Of a stretch of DNA of 64,000 nt, positions 20,848 through 31,034 are shown one piece after another. The first letter of the stretch is position 1, and each line of letters starts with the position of its first letter. Below the pieces are notes generated by a model. That model was not told the DNA's origin, ran no database searches, and saw nothing but the letters and a program-made list of their open reading frames with translations. Where the stretch lies: positions 1 through 64,000 of IMG/VR virus record IMGVR_UViG_3300028569_000021. The stretch is one strand, 5' to 3'. The DNA comes from a virus. Both the position numbers and the translations under genes were made by a program.

Positions 20848-23532
20848 TTAACCTCCGATTAATTCGTTAAAATCTTGACCTGTTCTTGTAGCGTAGAACG
20901 AAACAAGAATAAATTCTGCAGTTCTAACTGGTTTAATATAGATATCAATCTTTAATTCATTATTATCAATAACATCAGGAGTATTATTTCTTTCATCGCA
21001 AACGATGAGATAATCGTAAAGACCTTCTGTATTTTTTGCATTATCAAAAATAGGTGATAATGTATTGATAATTTGTGTTCTTGTAAATAGAGTGTTTGGC
21101 TCAAATATAAAATATTTAACTGTATCTCTTGTTGCGACTTCAAGATTTAAGAACAATCTACGTACATTAATTCTATCAAATGCGGATGGTTTCTTAAGTA
21201 GGGTCTTTTGACCGAATACAACAAACCCTTCAGCAGGAAAAAACGCTACTGGATTTACAGATACTTTATACAATTGATCACGTTGTTTTAGTTTAGGATA
21301 AACTCCTAAGTCATTTACACTCGTTAAAATACCTCTAGTAAATCCAGCTGGTGCAAACCAGGGTTGGAAGTTACTATCTGTATTCGCCATTAATGCTGCA
21401 GCAAACCCAGAGAAAGGTACCCATATTTGTCTACTAGAGACACTATCAATAACCTGCACACAGGTACTGTAAGTAGTAGCATAAGATGAATTTATTGTAC
21501 TAAATTGATGTCTTAGCGGCCAGTAAATATGTTGACTAAAGTTAGTCGTAACATATCCCGGCTCATTAGGATCTGGATCAATACCTGCATTAGGTCCAAA
21601 AGTTTTTTTAGTATTAATGACTTTTGAATTAGCACCTTGAACAAATATGTTTCTTAATGGATCAAGAATGACCATGAAGTCTTTTCTGTTTTTTTCTGCT
21701 GCATTGACAAAAACATTTGCAACTGAAGTATAATTACTTCTTAGATCTAAACCTTCTTGTGATAAGCCTTCTGCATTTGTAGTATAAAATGCACTTAGAG
21801 ATTTCAAGGGTGTGCTATCTCTAAAATCTCCTGCTTCACCGACGTCTTCTCCGAGTTCTGCTGTCTGTTCTATAGCATTTACAAATATTGTACCTAACCC
21901 TGCTTCAACAGCAAGATTAATTTGATAAACATCAGCGTTTTCAACCAACTCAAAAGCTCTTTCAAGTTTTTTTGGTATATTACCAACTGATTTATCTCTT
22001 GCTATTGTGTTAGAGTAAACTCCAACAGCAAATAAAGCATCAGTTGATCCTAATTCTTCTAAAGCTTGTACAACCGTTTTTTTAGAAACACCAACTCTGC
22101 TAATATATTTTGCTTCGTCATCTCTATAACCTGGACCGTTTATAAATTCTGCAAGTTGCGGTGTAAGAAAACGTACTTTTTTATTAGGAATGCCATTATT
22201 ATCAGCCCATGTCTGTTCGAATCTATTGCTTACATAGGGATTAATAACAACATTTACATTGCTCGAGCTATCAGTTTGTTCACCGATAAAGAATGTCTTT
22301 GCAGGTCCACCTGTTTGATCAGCAATCTTTCTATGAAAATCAAATGAACCAACGTAACTTTCTGCTAGAGTATAATCAAGTGAAATTGTATCAGGAGTAT
22401 ATATACTCTTTCTTATTTTGAATAATCCAAACGAAACAGTATCATCAAAAGTATTGTTACCTAAATCAAATTGCGAAAGGTTTTCTAATACTTCTGAAAC
22501 ACTACCCCCTCCTGCAATATTTGCTGCACTTAACGAGAAATTAAGTCTTCCCCTTGGTACATTAATATATGTATTGTTATTTACTTCAGTATTCTGAATA
22601 CTTTTAACATAATTGACTCCGTTAAACGGAGTTGCAGGGTTATTATTATTATTATCTATAATACCGATATAATAACCTTCAAAAGTATTGTTTATGGTTG
22701 TTTGGGATTTATTAAGTACAATTAAACCCGCACTTCCAATATTATTAATATTAAATAAAGTAGACTTATCTTGTACTTCAGGTGTATCTAACCATTGTAT
22801 ATCTCCACTTTGTAATTGTTGATATTGTTCAGCATCAAGTTCGAGGTGTGTTGGAGTACCAAAAAGATAAACATCCGAATTAGATAGATCAGAAGTAAAA
22901 TCTGTTGATTCCTGCTCATCAAAAAGATCAAAATTATAAGAACCTAAATTAGCTGGTGTACCTTCAGTTCTCAAAGTACCAACAATCTCAAGACTAACTG
23001 GGTAAGTTGCATATTTTCCTCTATTTATTAATTCAAGACTCGTTATACTGCCTGCTACTGGGTCGAATACCATGGTATATTGTATATCCTCTATCGCATC
23101 ACCACCATTAACAATAACTTCTGGCTGAGTTAAATAACCAGACCCACCGTCCTGAAGCTCAAGAGTATCTAATCTAAAGTAAGATAAATTATCACTTCTC
23201 ATTCCTTTGACAGGATAAACAAGAGCACTATATCTCCAATTTGTAAATCCTTCGCCTTTTTGTGAACCGTATGGTAATCTTGTTGTTAAAACTCTTGCTG
23301 GTGACTGAAACGTTGCTTTAGCAGTTTGATAAAAATATTGTTCTGCAGCATTTGTTGGTGCGCCGTATATTTGCTCAAATTCGGAAATGTTTGAAGGTTG
23401 TAAGACTTCATCAATAGGTCCCTGATCAGCAAACCCAGGTATAAATACACTGGTACCTGCAACAGTTGCCGCTCTAATTGTGAAATCTACTTCCCTGATC
23501 TCAACACCTGGTGATTGAATTGTTCTTGCCAT
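20848..23532 (-). CDS. gp18: Contractile tail sheath protein
   Basis: 'SPGVEIREVD', 'PWFAPAGFTRG', 'FGQKTL...AFDRINVRRLF', 'FEPN' and 'IKPVRTAEFI'. Confidence 0.97.
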   Translation of the reverse strand: MARTIQSPGVEIREVDFTIRAATVAGTSVFIPGFADQGPIDEVLQPSNISEFEQIYGAPTNAAEQYFYQTAKATFQSPARVLTTRLPYGSQKGEGFTNWRYSALVYPVKGMRSDNLSYFRLDTLELQDGGSGYLTQPEVIVNGGDAIEDIQYTMVFDPVAGSITSLELINRGKYATYPVSLEIVGTLRTEGTPANLGSYNFDLFDEQESTDFTSDLSNSDVYLFGTPTHLELDAEQYQQLQSGDIQWLDTPEVQDKSTLFNINNIGSAGLIVLNKSQTTINNTFEGYYIGIIDNNNNNPATPFNGVNYVKSIQNTEVNNNTYINVPRGRLNFSLSAANIAGGGSVSEVLENLSQFDLGNNTFDDTVSFGLFKIRKSIYTPDTISLDYTLAESYVGSFDFHRKIADQTGGPAKTFFIGEQTDSSSNVNVVINPYVSNRFEQTWADNNGIPNKKVRFLTPQLAEFINGPGYRDDEAKYISRVGVSKKTVVQALEELGSTDALFAVGVYSNTIARDKSVGNIPKKLERAFELVENADVYQINLAVEAGLGTIFVNAIEQTAELGEDVGEAGDFRDSTPLKSLSAFYTTNAEGLSQEGLDLRSNYTSVANVFVNAAEKNRKDFMVILDPLRNIFVQGANSKVINTKKTFGPNAGIDPDPNEPGYVTTNFSQHIYWPLRHQFSTINSSYATTYSTCVQVIDSVSSRQIWVPFSGFAAALMANTDSNFQPWFAPAGFTRGILTSVNDLGVYPKLKQRDQLYKVSVNPVAFFPAEGFVVFGQKTLLKKPSAFDRINVRRLFLNLEVATRDTVKYFIFEPNTLFTRTQIINTLSPIFDNAKNTEGLYDYLIVCDERNNTPDVIDNNELKIDIYIKPVRTAEFILVSFYATRTGQDFNELIGG

Positions 23533-23589
23533 ATTATTAATTATATTTATAGATCTCCAGGCTACTTTTTGCTCTTGTTATCGATATTT

Positions 23590-24204
23590 TTAAAGTAAAG
23601 TGACCTCTAACTGGTGATAGGTAAACTCAAAAGTTGACTCCATTTCTGTTGCATCTCTGTCAGAGTACTGTATACCACCTAGTAAAACAGGAAAACAGTG
23701 TAAAAAGTTAAACTGTATTACTCTATTATTATATTCATCTAATCCAAATACATTAATAGTAGTTTCATAATTTTTAAGACTGCCTTTATCTTTAGGTATA
23801 TTAGATCTATATATACTTTCTCTCTCTTGATTTAAAATCTCTAACCATTTATAAATGACCCAATAGTTATTGAACAAATTATCTACAGTAAAATTGATTT
23901 TATTGTTAGGGTAGGAGGGTCTTGCCATACTTGATACCTTTAAAGTTTGACCCCCATAAGGTACTTCTTTTTCTGGTACGGCTATATCAGGTATAACAGT
24001 GCCGTAAATAGAAAATTGCATTGTATTAGGTATGACAGCGTTATTAGAGCGCTTTATATCACTCTTAATTGTCTTTAATGCTTCAGGAAGACTGAATACC
24101 ATTACAAATTTGTCTTTTCTCTGCTTGTTGAGCAGACTTTGTATCTGCATATTATTATCGACAGGTATATTCATTAATATGTATTTATATCTGGGAATCT
24201 CCAC
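23590..24204 (-). CDS. Tail completion / tube-like protein (gp3-like)
   Basis: Tube-family motifs 'NFTVDNLFNNYWVIYKW' and 'FLHCFPVLLGGIQY...FEFTY'. True start is probably M11 (24174) or later. Confidence 0.6.
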   Translation of the reverse strand: MEIPRYKYILMNIPVDNNMQIQSLLNKQRKDKFVMVFSLPEALKTIKSDIKRSNNAVIPNTMQFSIYGTVIPDIAVPEKEVPYGGQTLKVSSMARPSYPNNKINFTVDNLFNNYWVIYKWLEILNQERESIYRSNIPKDKGSLKNYETTINVFGLDEYNNRVIQFNFLHCFPVLLGGIQYSDRDATEMESTFEFTYHQLEVTLL

Positions 24205-25937
24205 CCCTGACTATGTAGCTCAGACATATCATCACTACTATAATATCTTTCATCAAGCCCTTCATCACCTGTATCGAACATGACTGGCATGGGTTGCATG
24301 CCAGAGCCATCAACTTCATTTGTGAAAAGACCTACAGGGTTTATTATCTTCTTACCCCCACCGTAATCTAGACTCTTTAATATAAGAGGTCTCATGTTAT
24401 CGTCGTACTTCACTACTTCAAAGTACCTTGCTACAATATCATTCTCTAAAACAATAAGAGCCCATACCAAAGCCATTACACGGTCATCAAGAGTTGCTGC
24501 TGTTCTACCAGACCAAGTCTGATTCTTATGTCTTACAAAGTCTTTTAGCTCATTTAATGTCTTTGTATCGTAAATTTTTATGGATCTCAACTCATTTAAC
24601 CAATATCTCATGTTCATTACACCTCTATATTTGGTATTTTGATGTGAGAGAATACCCATACGATCAAAAGCTTTATTTTCTACTGCTTTAGCACCCCATG
24701 ACACTATATTTTCATACCCATAAGTGTTGCGTAGGTTATCAACAACTTGTGCTCCACAGTTATTTCTTTCTATACTTACTGTAGGTCTTCCCCAATGTGC
24801 TAAAATTTCATTTAACTTCTGGGTAAAGTTATAAGGAGCCATACTTCTTGTATAATATTGACCTACAAGCTTAATATCAGTTAAATCAGTAATATCTAAT
24901 ATTTGAGCAACACTAGCGTTTAGGTTAAGACCTTCACCAACATCAACACCTACTGTGTAAAGTCTATCACTTTTAGGTTGATCCCATAGCACATAACTAC
25001 CTTCATCAAAGATATAATTAGGGTCAGTAGTATTATTTTTAAGTGAAGTGTATAGGCTTTCATCAATTGCTGTTTCTCCTGAAGAAATAAAGGTATTCTC
25101 AAACTCTTGACTAAACTTTTCCGCTGAACCAATAGTTCGTATTGTTCTTTGCTTCCACTCCTCATCTCTATCAGGTACTTCCCACCAATCGACTCGCTCT
25201 GACACCCAACCGTTCCATTCATCACCCTTTTTAAGGGAACCAGTATACAAAGAATGAAAGAGATTACCAACACCGTTAGGAGTACTCACAGCAAATATTT
25301 TTGCTTTCTTAGAAGATGAAATAACAGGATAAACCGAAGCCCAGAACGTATCCAATAAGCCAGAATCAATGAATGCAACCTCATCAAGACATAATAAAGA
25401 TACAGACCTACCTCTACCAGTATCAGAAGTAGTTGTTGTAACGCTTATTGAGCTACCATTACTAAATACCATTGATGTTTCAGCGTATTTTACAACAGTT
25501 GATTTGAGATAATTGGGAAGCATTTCATAAGCAAGTTTGACTCTCTTGAAAACTTCTTTTGCTGACTCCTCTTTGTTGGCGGCTAGCAATATACTTTGAT
25601 CTTCATTAAACAATGCGACCCATAACATGTAAATTGTTAAAACGGTACTCTTACCAATTTGCCTTGAAGCTAAACAAACAACAAAGCGATTATTCTTTAA
25701 GGTCTTTAAAAGTCTTTTTTGATATTTTCTTAGCTGAATAGCTTGTCGACCTTCGTCAATATTAATAATAAAAAAATAATTTTCAGCAAAATGCAATAGA
25801 GACTTTCTACATTTTTTAATTTCTGATACCCACTCAGGGTGATTATTATAATCATAAGATGACCCCGGAGCAGGCAAATTCGAATTACCCATGTATATTT
25901 TTTCGCCGTCTGCAACACCTTCTTTTATTTTAGCCAT
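24174..25937 (-). CDS. gp17: Terminase large subunit
   Basis: Walker A 'ASRQIGKS', Walker B 'LCLDEVAF', coupling motif 'STPNG', nuclease residues 'GVDVGEG' and 'DDRVMA'. Confidence 0.97.
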   Translation of the reverse strand: MAKIKEGVADGEKIYMGNSNLPAPGSSYDYNNHPEWVSEIKKCRKSLLHFAENYFFIINIDEGRQAIQLRKYQKRLLKTLKNNRFVVCLASRQIGKSTVLTIYMLWVALFNEDQSILLAANKEESAKEVFKRVKLAYEMLPNYLKSTVVKYAETSMVFSNGSSISVTTTTSDTGRGRSVSLLCLDEVAFIDSGLLDTFWASVYPVISSSKKAKIFAVSTPNGVGNLFHSLYTGSLKKGDEWNGWVSERVDWWEVPDRDEEWKQRTIRTIGSAEKFSQEFENTFISSGETAIDESLYTSLKNNTTDPNYIFDEGSYVLWDQPKSDRLYTVGVDVGEGLNLNASVAQILDITDLTDIKLVGQYYTRSMAPYNFTQKLNEILAHWGRPTVSIERNNCGAQVVDNLRNTYGYENIVSWGAKAVENKAFDRMGILSHQNTKYRGVMNMRYWLNELRSIKIYDTKTLNELKDFVRHKNQTWSGRTAATLDDRVMALVWALIVLENDIVARYFEVVKYDDNMRPLILKSLDYGGGKKIINPVGLFTNEVDGSGMQPMPVMFDTGDEGLDERYYSSDDMSELHSQGWRFPDINTY

Positions 25938-25944
25938 ATACTGA

Positions 25945-25970
25945 TATTTAAGACGCGATATTAATAAATA
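25945..25970. promoter_or_regulatory. Divergent pair of late promoters (TAAATA on - at 25945-25950; on + at 25965-25970)
   Basis: Each lies 7 nt before its start codon (25937 on -, 25978 on +). Confidence 0.7.
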
Positions 25971-25977
25971 AACTTAT

Positions 25978-26808
25978 ATGACAAGAGTTAAAAGTATATC
26001 CGACATAGGCAATCTTTACGAAAATAGTATTTTTAATAGAGAAAATAACATTTTAGAAGAAGCTAAAAAAAATAACAATAAATTTCCTAAAGATTCTTTC
26101 CCTAAACCAAGTGAGACAATGAAAAAGTCTAAAGATTTTGAGTCGACAGGACCTAATAAAGCAATGGGAACCAAAACTTCTAAAAAAGTTGGTAAAAAAG
26201 TTAAGAAAAAAGCTAGAAAAAATATAAGCGAGGATATAAATAGTTTTATGAAATCCAAATTTGACAAACTTTTTGAAAACGTCATGGAAGATGACGACGC
26301 AATGAATCTTTCTGCTGGACCTGGAGTCGGACCTGAGGGTAGCGATTTTGGCTCTGATGAAGGTGAAGATGATTTTTCCGATATCGGCGGCGAAGATGAA
26401 GGCGGCGAAGAAGTAACCCTTACATTAGATAGAGAAACAGCACAAAAATTGTGTGATATGCTTCAAGCACAACTTGATGGTGGTGAGTCTGAAGATGAAT
26501 CGGACCTCGAAGATTTAGAAATTGAAGATGAAGACATGGGTGAAGATTCCTTCGGTGGAGAAGAAGATGAAGGAAACTTCGGTGAAGGCATCGAATCTGA
26601 AAAACTTCCTGACTCCGCTGGCCATAAGCTTACAAAAGCTGGTACAGTTGGTAACGTTCACGCTTCTAAAGGTAAAGCCTCTTCTGAAGTAACTGACGAG
26701 ACTGGGTCTGAAACAAAAGGACACCCATTAGATCACAAATCGCCGCTTACAAAAGCAGGCACAGTTGGAAATCTTAAAGCCGGAAGCTCTTTATTCGGTA
26801 GCAAGTAA
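25978..26808 (+). CDS. Charge-segregated late protein (basic N-part, very acidic centre); possible prohead core/internal protein
   Basis: K-rich segment followed by a D/E-rich segment; two LTKAGTVGN repeats; followed by a terminator. Confidence 0.6.
   Translation: MTRVKSISDIGNLYENSIFNRENNILEEAKKNNNKFPKDSFPKPSETMKKSKDFESTGPNKAMGTKTSKKVGKKVKKKARKNISEDINSFMKSKFDKLFENVMEDDDAMNLSAGPGVGPEGSDFGSDEGEDDFSDIGGEDEGGEEVTLTLDRETAQKLCDMLQAQLDGGESEDESDLEDLEIEDEDMGEDSFGGEEDEGNFGEGIESEKLPDSAGHKLTKAGTVGNVHASKGKASSEVTDETGSETKGHPLDHKSPLTKAGTVGNLKAGSSLFGSK
26235..26250 (+). promoter_or_regulatory. Internal late promoter with in-frame ATG
   Basis: TATAAATA (26235-26242)-N5-ATG (26248), in frame with the 25978 ORF (Met91). 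Confidence 0.6.
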
Positions 26809-26831
26809 GAAAGTCAATAAAAAATAAAATT

Positions 26832-26863
26832 AAGGCCTCTATTAACTTAGAGGCTTTTTTTTT
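26832..26863 (+). terminator. Rho-independent terminator
   Basis: GCCTCTA-ttaact-TAGAGGC hairpin followed by T9. Confidence 0.8.
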
Positions 26864-26878
26864 GACTAAATAATATCA

Positions 26879-27241
26879 ATGGGAACGTTTAAACAATTTT
26901 GTGAAACTACTTGGAACGGTGGATTTGTTAATTTTTTTATGGACCCATCTCAAAAAAAAGGCTCAAGACACAGAGCCAATATCATTAGAGATATTGGTAA
27001 TAGGAAACATATACAAACTGTTCCAGAATATAAAAGAGTAGACCCTAATATTATACAGAAAGTTGAAAAGCTTAAAGGAAATTATTCACATTACGAGCCT
27101 ATTAATATTATTCAATTAAAACAAATTTGTAAAAAATATAATATTGACAAAGTTACAAAAACAGAACCCAGAAAACTTGGTAACACAGGTATTTCTATCG
27201 TATGGGACGAAAAAATACAAACTTTTGCTCTTAAAAAATGA
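26879..27241 (+). CDS. Small basic late protein with CTS-like N-terminus
   Basis: MGTFKQFCET; TAAATA-N6-ATG. Confidence 0.6.
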   Translation: MGTFKQFCETTWNGGFVNFFMDPSQKKGSRHRANIIRDIGNRKHIQTVPEYKRVDPNIIQKVEKLKGNYSHYEPINIIQLKQICKKYNIDKVTKTEPRKLGNTGISIVWDEKIQTFALKK

Positions 27242-27987
27242 TAAGCCTTGACAAATACGATGGAGTAAATTGCATCAGAACGTATCCCATGCAGGAATAT
27301 GTAACATCTACATTAAGATTTACTGATAAGGCAAATAATGGAGCAGAAAGATTACTGTACAGTAATTATTGGAGAGAGCAAATTGATATGTATGGGCAGA
27401 AGGTATTATACTATAGAAATAATTATAACGTATTGTCAGCAGATAATTTATATGGTGAGCAGCCACTTGCAGGATTTCAAGACCCAAGAACGTTAATAAT
27501 GGGTATACAGTTATCAGAAAATTCTCTTGTATTAAGTAAGTTTGGCTTTCAGAGTGATGATGCGGTAACCGCTTTTATACATATAAGTACTTTTTATGCC
27601 GTTTTTCCAATTAATACAGAGCCAAAAGCAGGTGACGTTTTTAAATTAGTTGAGTACGGCTCCGATAGACCCGGAGAGAGGGATGGAAAAATGTTTGAAA
27701 TTACAGAGAGATGTGATGAAGATAACTCTCAAATTAATCCCCTTATGGGACATTACGTATGGATGTTAAAGGCTAAGCGCTTTGACTACTCCTATGAAGT
27801 AAATATTGTGCCAGAGAAGGGGCTAACTCAAGTACATGATGATACTTTTTATGGTGATGTAACAGATTTAGGAACTTCAGTCATAGAAAGAGTATCAAGC
27901 TACCCTGTTGATGTAGATCACCTATCTAAAGAAACGGTTTACGACATGAGTAATAATAATACCTTGACTTATGGTGGATATTATTGA
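27238..27987 (+). CDS. gp14: Neck/head-closure protein (gp14-like)
   Basis: 'EQIDMYGQKVLYY...DNLYGE', 'LSKFGF...D', 'PKAGD...MFEIT' and 'YVWMLKAKRFDYS'. Confidence 0.8.
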   Translation: MISLDKYDGVNCIRTYPMQEYVTSTLRFTDKANNGAERLLYSNYWREQIDMYGQKVLYYRNNYNVLSADNLYGEQPLAGFQDPRTLIMGIQLSENSLVLSKFGFQSDDAVTAFIHISTFYAVFPINTEPKAGDVFKLVEYGSDRPGERDGKMFEITERCDEDNSQINPLMGHYVWMLKAKRFDYSYEVNIVPEKGLTQVHDDTFYGDVTDLGTSVIERVSSYPVDVDHLSKETVYDMSNNNTLTYGGYY

Positions 27988-28286
27988 GGGAGTTCAGTAT
28001 GATCTGGTGCACTCGAATAATGAACATATGTATTACCAATAAGGTTATGTTTTTCATCGTAGTTTAAATCAAGCATCATACTTTCAAAGCGATCTGCTAC
28101 ATACTTCTCAAATGCTAGTGGTTTAACCCAATCTTTTACTCTAAGGTCAATACCAAGAGTTTCTGCTTTTTGCTCCATAATATAAACCCCTTCTACAAGA
28201 CTAAGCCATCTACAAAAAGTGTCTTTAGACATATCGATAGTGCCGTTTTTCTTTGTATCAAAGGTAACATAAGTATTTTTATCCAT
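27981..28286 (-). CDS. Hypothetical early protein
   Basis: 101-aa ORF with its own sigma70-like promoter. Confidence 0.65.
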   Translation of the reverse strand: MDKNTYVTFDTKKNGTIDMSKDTFCRWLSLVEGVYIMEQKAETLGIDLRVKDWVKPLAFEKYVADRFESMMLDLNYDEKHNLIGNTYVHYSSAPDHTELPQ

Positions 28287-28292
28287 ACCGCA

Positions 28293-28321
28293 ATTATACT
28301 ACCCTTTTAAAAATAAATCAA
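28293..28321 (-). promoter_or_regulatory. Sigma70-like promoter
   Basis: TTGATT-N17-TATAAT-N6-ATG (28286). Confidence 0.75.
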
Positions 28322-28707
28322 ATGAAATATTTCTTAAAATAAGAAAACATTGTAGCAAACAAAACAGTAGATATATCTTGAATTGTAGATTTAGATTTAG
28401 ATGTTTCGTCTAAACTTTCCAGAATTTTTAATTGAGACTTAATAGTCTCAAAAGCTTGGTTAGAAATAAAGAGTCTTTGCCCTTCCTCTATCATATTATT
28501 TTTTAAAAGCTGTTCTAAGTTTAATATTAGATCTTTTAATGGAGTGCTATTACTTCTAGTACTATATGAATTATATAAGGCAACAAAGTTATAACCTTTT
28601 TTTGCAAAAATATTTAAAATTTCTCTTTCTATTTCCTCTATACTGATTACTGCTTTATATTCTTGAACCGGCACAACTGTGCTATATCTAGTTTCCTCTA
28701 TATTCAT
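28318..28707 (-). CDS. Hypothetical protein
   Basis: 129 aa; ATGA overlap with the upstream gene. Confidence 0.55.
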   Translation of the reverse strand: MNIEETRYSTVVPVQEYKAVISIEEIEREILNIFAKKGYNFVALYNSYSTRSNSTPLKDLILNLEQLLKNNMIEEGQRLFISNQAFETIKSQLKILESLDETSKSKSTIQDISTVLFATMFSYFKKYFI

Positions 28708-29111
28708 AATCTTGCAATAACTGTATCAGCAGGTGTTGTGGCCAGTGCAGTTTTAGTAGTCAAGAAAACTGTTACATCCTTTATACATCCTGGACATTTA
28801 TACTTATTTTCTCCATTAATATTAATAGGAATTGTAGTTTCAATATTTCTATCGCAAGGACATGTTACGATGGTCATCTGTCTAGATTGCTCTTGAAATA
28901 ATTTTAGCTCTACATCTAATTTTATTTTATTGTTTTTTCTCTTTATGTACTCCCCGTAAAAATAAAAAATAATAAATTGTAATAAAGTAAAAAGTAAAAA
29001 AGAAGGTAAAAATCCAAAACCAAAGGAATTTAATATAATTCCAAAAATTGTAGATACTAATAGAGTAATAATTAAACTCTTTCCAATAATTAAAAGCAAT
29101 GCATTTTTCAT
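28704..29111 (-). CDS. Two-TM membrane protein with C-terminal Zn-ribbon
   Basis: Two hydrophobic helices, then CPC and CPGC motifs; TAATG overlap with the upstream gene. Confidence 0.6.
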   Translation of the reverse strand: MKNALLLIIGKSLIITLLVSTIFGIILNSFGFGFLPSFLLFTLLQFIIFYFYGEYIKRKNNKIKLDVELKLFQEQSRQMTIVTCPCDRNIETTIPININGENKYKCPGCIKDVTVFLTTKTALATTPADTVIARL

Positions 29112-29515
29112 TAACTAATATTAGTTTTCTTTTCTGTTTTTTCAACTAATATATTTAACTCTTCAGTGCAACTGTAAATAATGTCTTGAATTTGTTTCAT
29201 TTTTCTATTTAAAATCTTTACAGCTTTAACTTTTTTCTCGCTTTCACTTATAATAGGTGATCTCTCTATTGACTTTACTAAACTGAACCTTAATTCTGCA
29301 GTTTTAGTAAAAATATTACCCAAGTAATCTAATAGCATATCTAAAGGAAAAGGTATTCTCTTTGGTGCTATATAATTTTGATTATTTCTATATCTGTTTA
29401 AAATATCATCTACAGTAATTACGTCAGCAGGAGCTTCCCTTTTGGCTATACCGGACACCCATTTGTTATAAATGTTCTGAGTATCTTCATTTAGTATTTT
29501 TAACTTTTTAATCAT
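29111..29515 (-). CDS. Hypothetical late protein
   Basis: TAAATA-N6-ATG; N-terminus MIKKLKILNED. Confidence 0.6.
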   Translation of the reverse strand: MIKKLKILNEDTQNIYNKWVSGIAKREAPADVITVDDILNRYRNNQNYIAPKRIPFPLDMLLDYLGNIFTKTAELRFSLVKSIERSPIISESEKKVKAVKILNRKMKQIQDIIYSCTEELNILVEKTEKKTNIS

Positions 29516-29556
29516 TTTAATTATTTATTTATACCCTGCTAGAATAAGTAATTTAT

Positions 29557-29976
29557 ATGTCATTATTCAAGAATGTTTTTAATACTCTCTTAGAACAAGA
29601 GGAGGAAGAAGTAGTACCACCTCAGGATGCAATGGAGGGTGAAGTTAATCCTTTGGAAGGTGAACTTGAAGATGGAACAGATCCTTCACAGTTTGGCGCT
29701 AACGTAGATCCGGGTCAAGATATAGAATCAATGAAGCAACAGAGTATAGAGACTCAAAAAGGTGAACTTGAAGAATGGATAGTAAAAATGGAAGAATTTA
29801 AAAAATTTATTAACGATCCTAAGTCTGACTCTATTCAGGTAAAACTTCAAAACGCGTCTTGTGATTCTTTATTTGAAAAAATTGCAAGCTCTGAACATAA
29901 GAGACTTTCCAGGGTTGCAATGGAGCTAAGTGGTATTATTGAAGCTTTTAGAGGTTATCAGAACGCAGGCGAATAA
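29557..29976 (+). CDS. Acidic late protein with CTS-like N-terminus
   Basis: MSLFKNVFNTLLEQE; TAAGTA-N6-ATG. Confidence 0.6.
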   Translation: MSLFKNVFNTLLEQEEEEVVPPQDAMEGEVNPLEGELEDGTDPSQFGANVDPGQDIESMKQQSIETQKGELEEWIVKMEEFKKFINDPKSDSIQVKLQNASCDSLFEKIASSEHKRLSRVAMELSGIIEAFRGYQNAGE

Positions 29977-30999
29977 TTACCCACTTGCAAGTAATTTACC
30001 TTTTAACCCGCTATAACTATTTTCTAAAATAATAGAAGCGTTAATACTATCTACATTATTATCACAACAGTAGTCATTTAAGTCTTTATATTTGCTCATT
30101 GTCTCTGGCCATATAAAAACTCTCTCACCTCTATCTAGTAATTTTTTTGTTTTTTGCCTACTAGTATTATCTAAGTGCTGATTATCTAAAACCCATATTT
30201 TTTCATGTAGGGGGAAATTAAGAAATTGTCTTTCCTGAGTACTAGTAAAACTTTTATCACCTTCATTAATACCAGCAATCCCTACTCCGTTTTTAATAAA
30301 CATTGCATCTATAGGCCCCTCAGTAATAAAAATATAGCTATAATCTTCATCAACGTTATTTGCTCCATATAGAGCTCTCTCACAACTTACTTTAGAAAGA
30401 TACTTTGCCCTATCATCACTAATTAATATCTTTCTACTTTGATACCATATGATTTTATTATTAAAATCTATAAATGGTATTATTAGTCTATTGCAATGCA
30501 CTCTATCATTAAGAGAGGTGTATAGAGCGTTAGATCTATTAATTGCCGTTTCAAGTCTTCTTTCCTTTATGAGATTTAAACATGCTTGAACAACATTGTT
30601 ACTTTTGTAATACTCTAATTGTCCCGGGTCAAACAGATTAATACTATCAGAAGGTAATACTGATGTATTTTCCTTGCTGTCAGTACGCTTTTTAATTACT
30701 GTTTTGTGAATTAATTCAGGATAGCTATCCTCATCAAGCTCTTTTTTAATCTCTATATAAGTCAGACCTGAAACTCTTTGTATCCAAACATAAGGATTGC
30801 TAAACCATCCACAATTATGACAACAAACAGATTTTTTAGCTACTATATAATAACATCTTCGTTTTTTAAGCCAAGAAGACCCTTCGCGACATATAGGACA
30901 AGAACCCTGATACACTTTTTGCGCCCTATTATATGTAGGTTTACCACAATAACGGTAAAATTTTGAAGCAACGTAATCTTCTGTTAGTTGTAATAACAC
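29977..30999 (-). CDS. gp61: DNA primase (GTG start)
   Basis: Zn finger CPIC...CHNCG; 'RLIIPF'; TOPRIM motifs 'ITEGPIDAMF' and 'VLDN'; 'KDLND'. Confidence 0.95.
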   Translation of the reverse strand: MLLQLTEDYVASKFYRYCGKPTYNRAQKVYQGSCPICREGSSWLKKRRCYYIVAKKSVCCHNCGWFSNPYVWIQRVSGLTYIEIKKELDEDSYPELIHKTVIKKRTDSKENTSVLPSDSINLFDPGQLEYYKSNNVVQACLNLIKERRLETAINRSNALYTSLNDRVHCNRLIIPFIDFNNKIIWYQSRKILISDDRAKYLSKVSCERALYGANNVDEDYSYIFITEGPIDAMFIKNGVGIAGINEGDKSFTSTQERQFLNFPLHEKIWVLDNQHLDNTSRQKTKKLLDRGERVFIWPETMSKYKDLNDYCCDNNVDSINASIILENSYSGLKGKLLASG

Positions 31000-31006
31000 A
31001 TAATAT

Positions 31007-31034
31007 ATAATAAAATGTGTTATTTAAAAATCAA
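31007..31034 (-). promoter_or_regulatory. Sigma70-like promoter of primase
   Basis: TTGATT-N16-TATTAT-N7-GTG. Confidence 0.65.
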
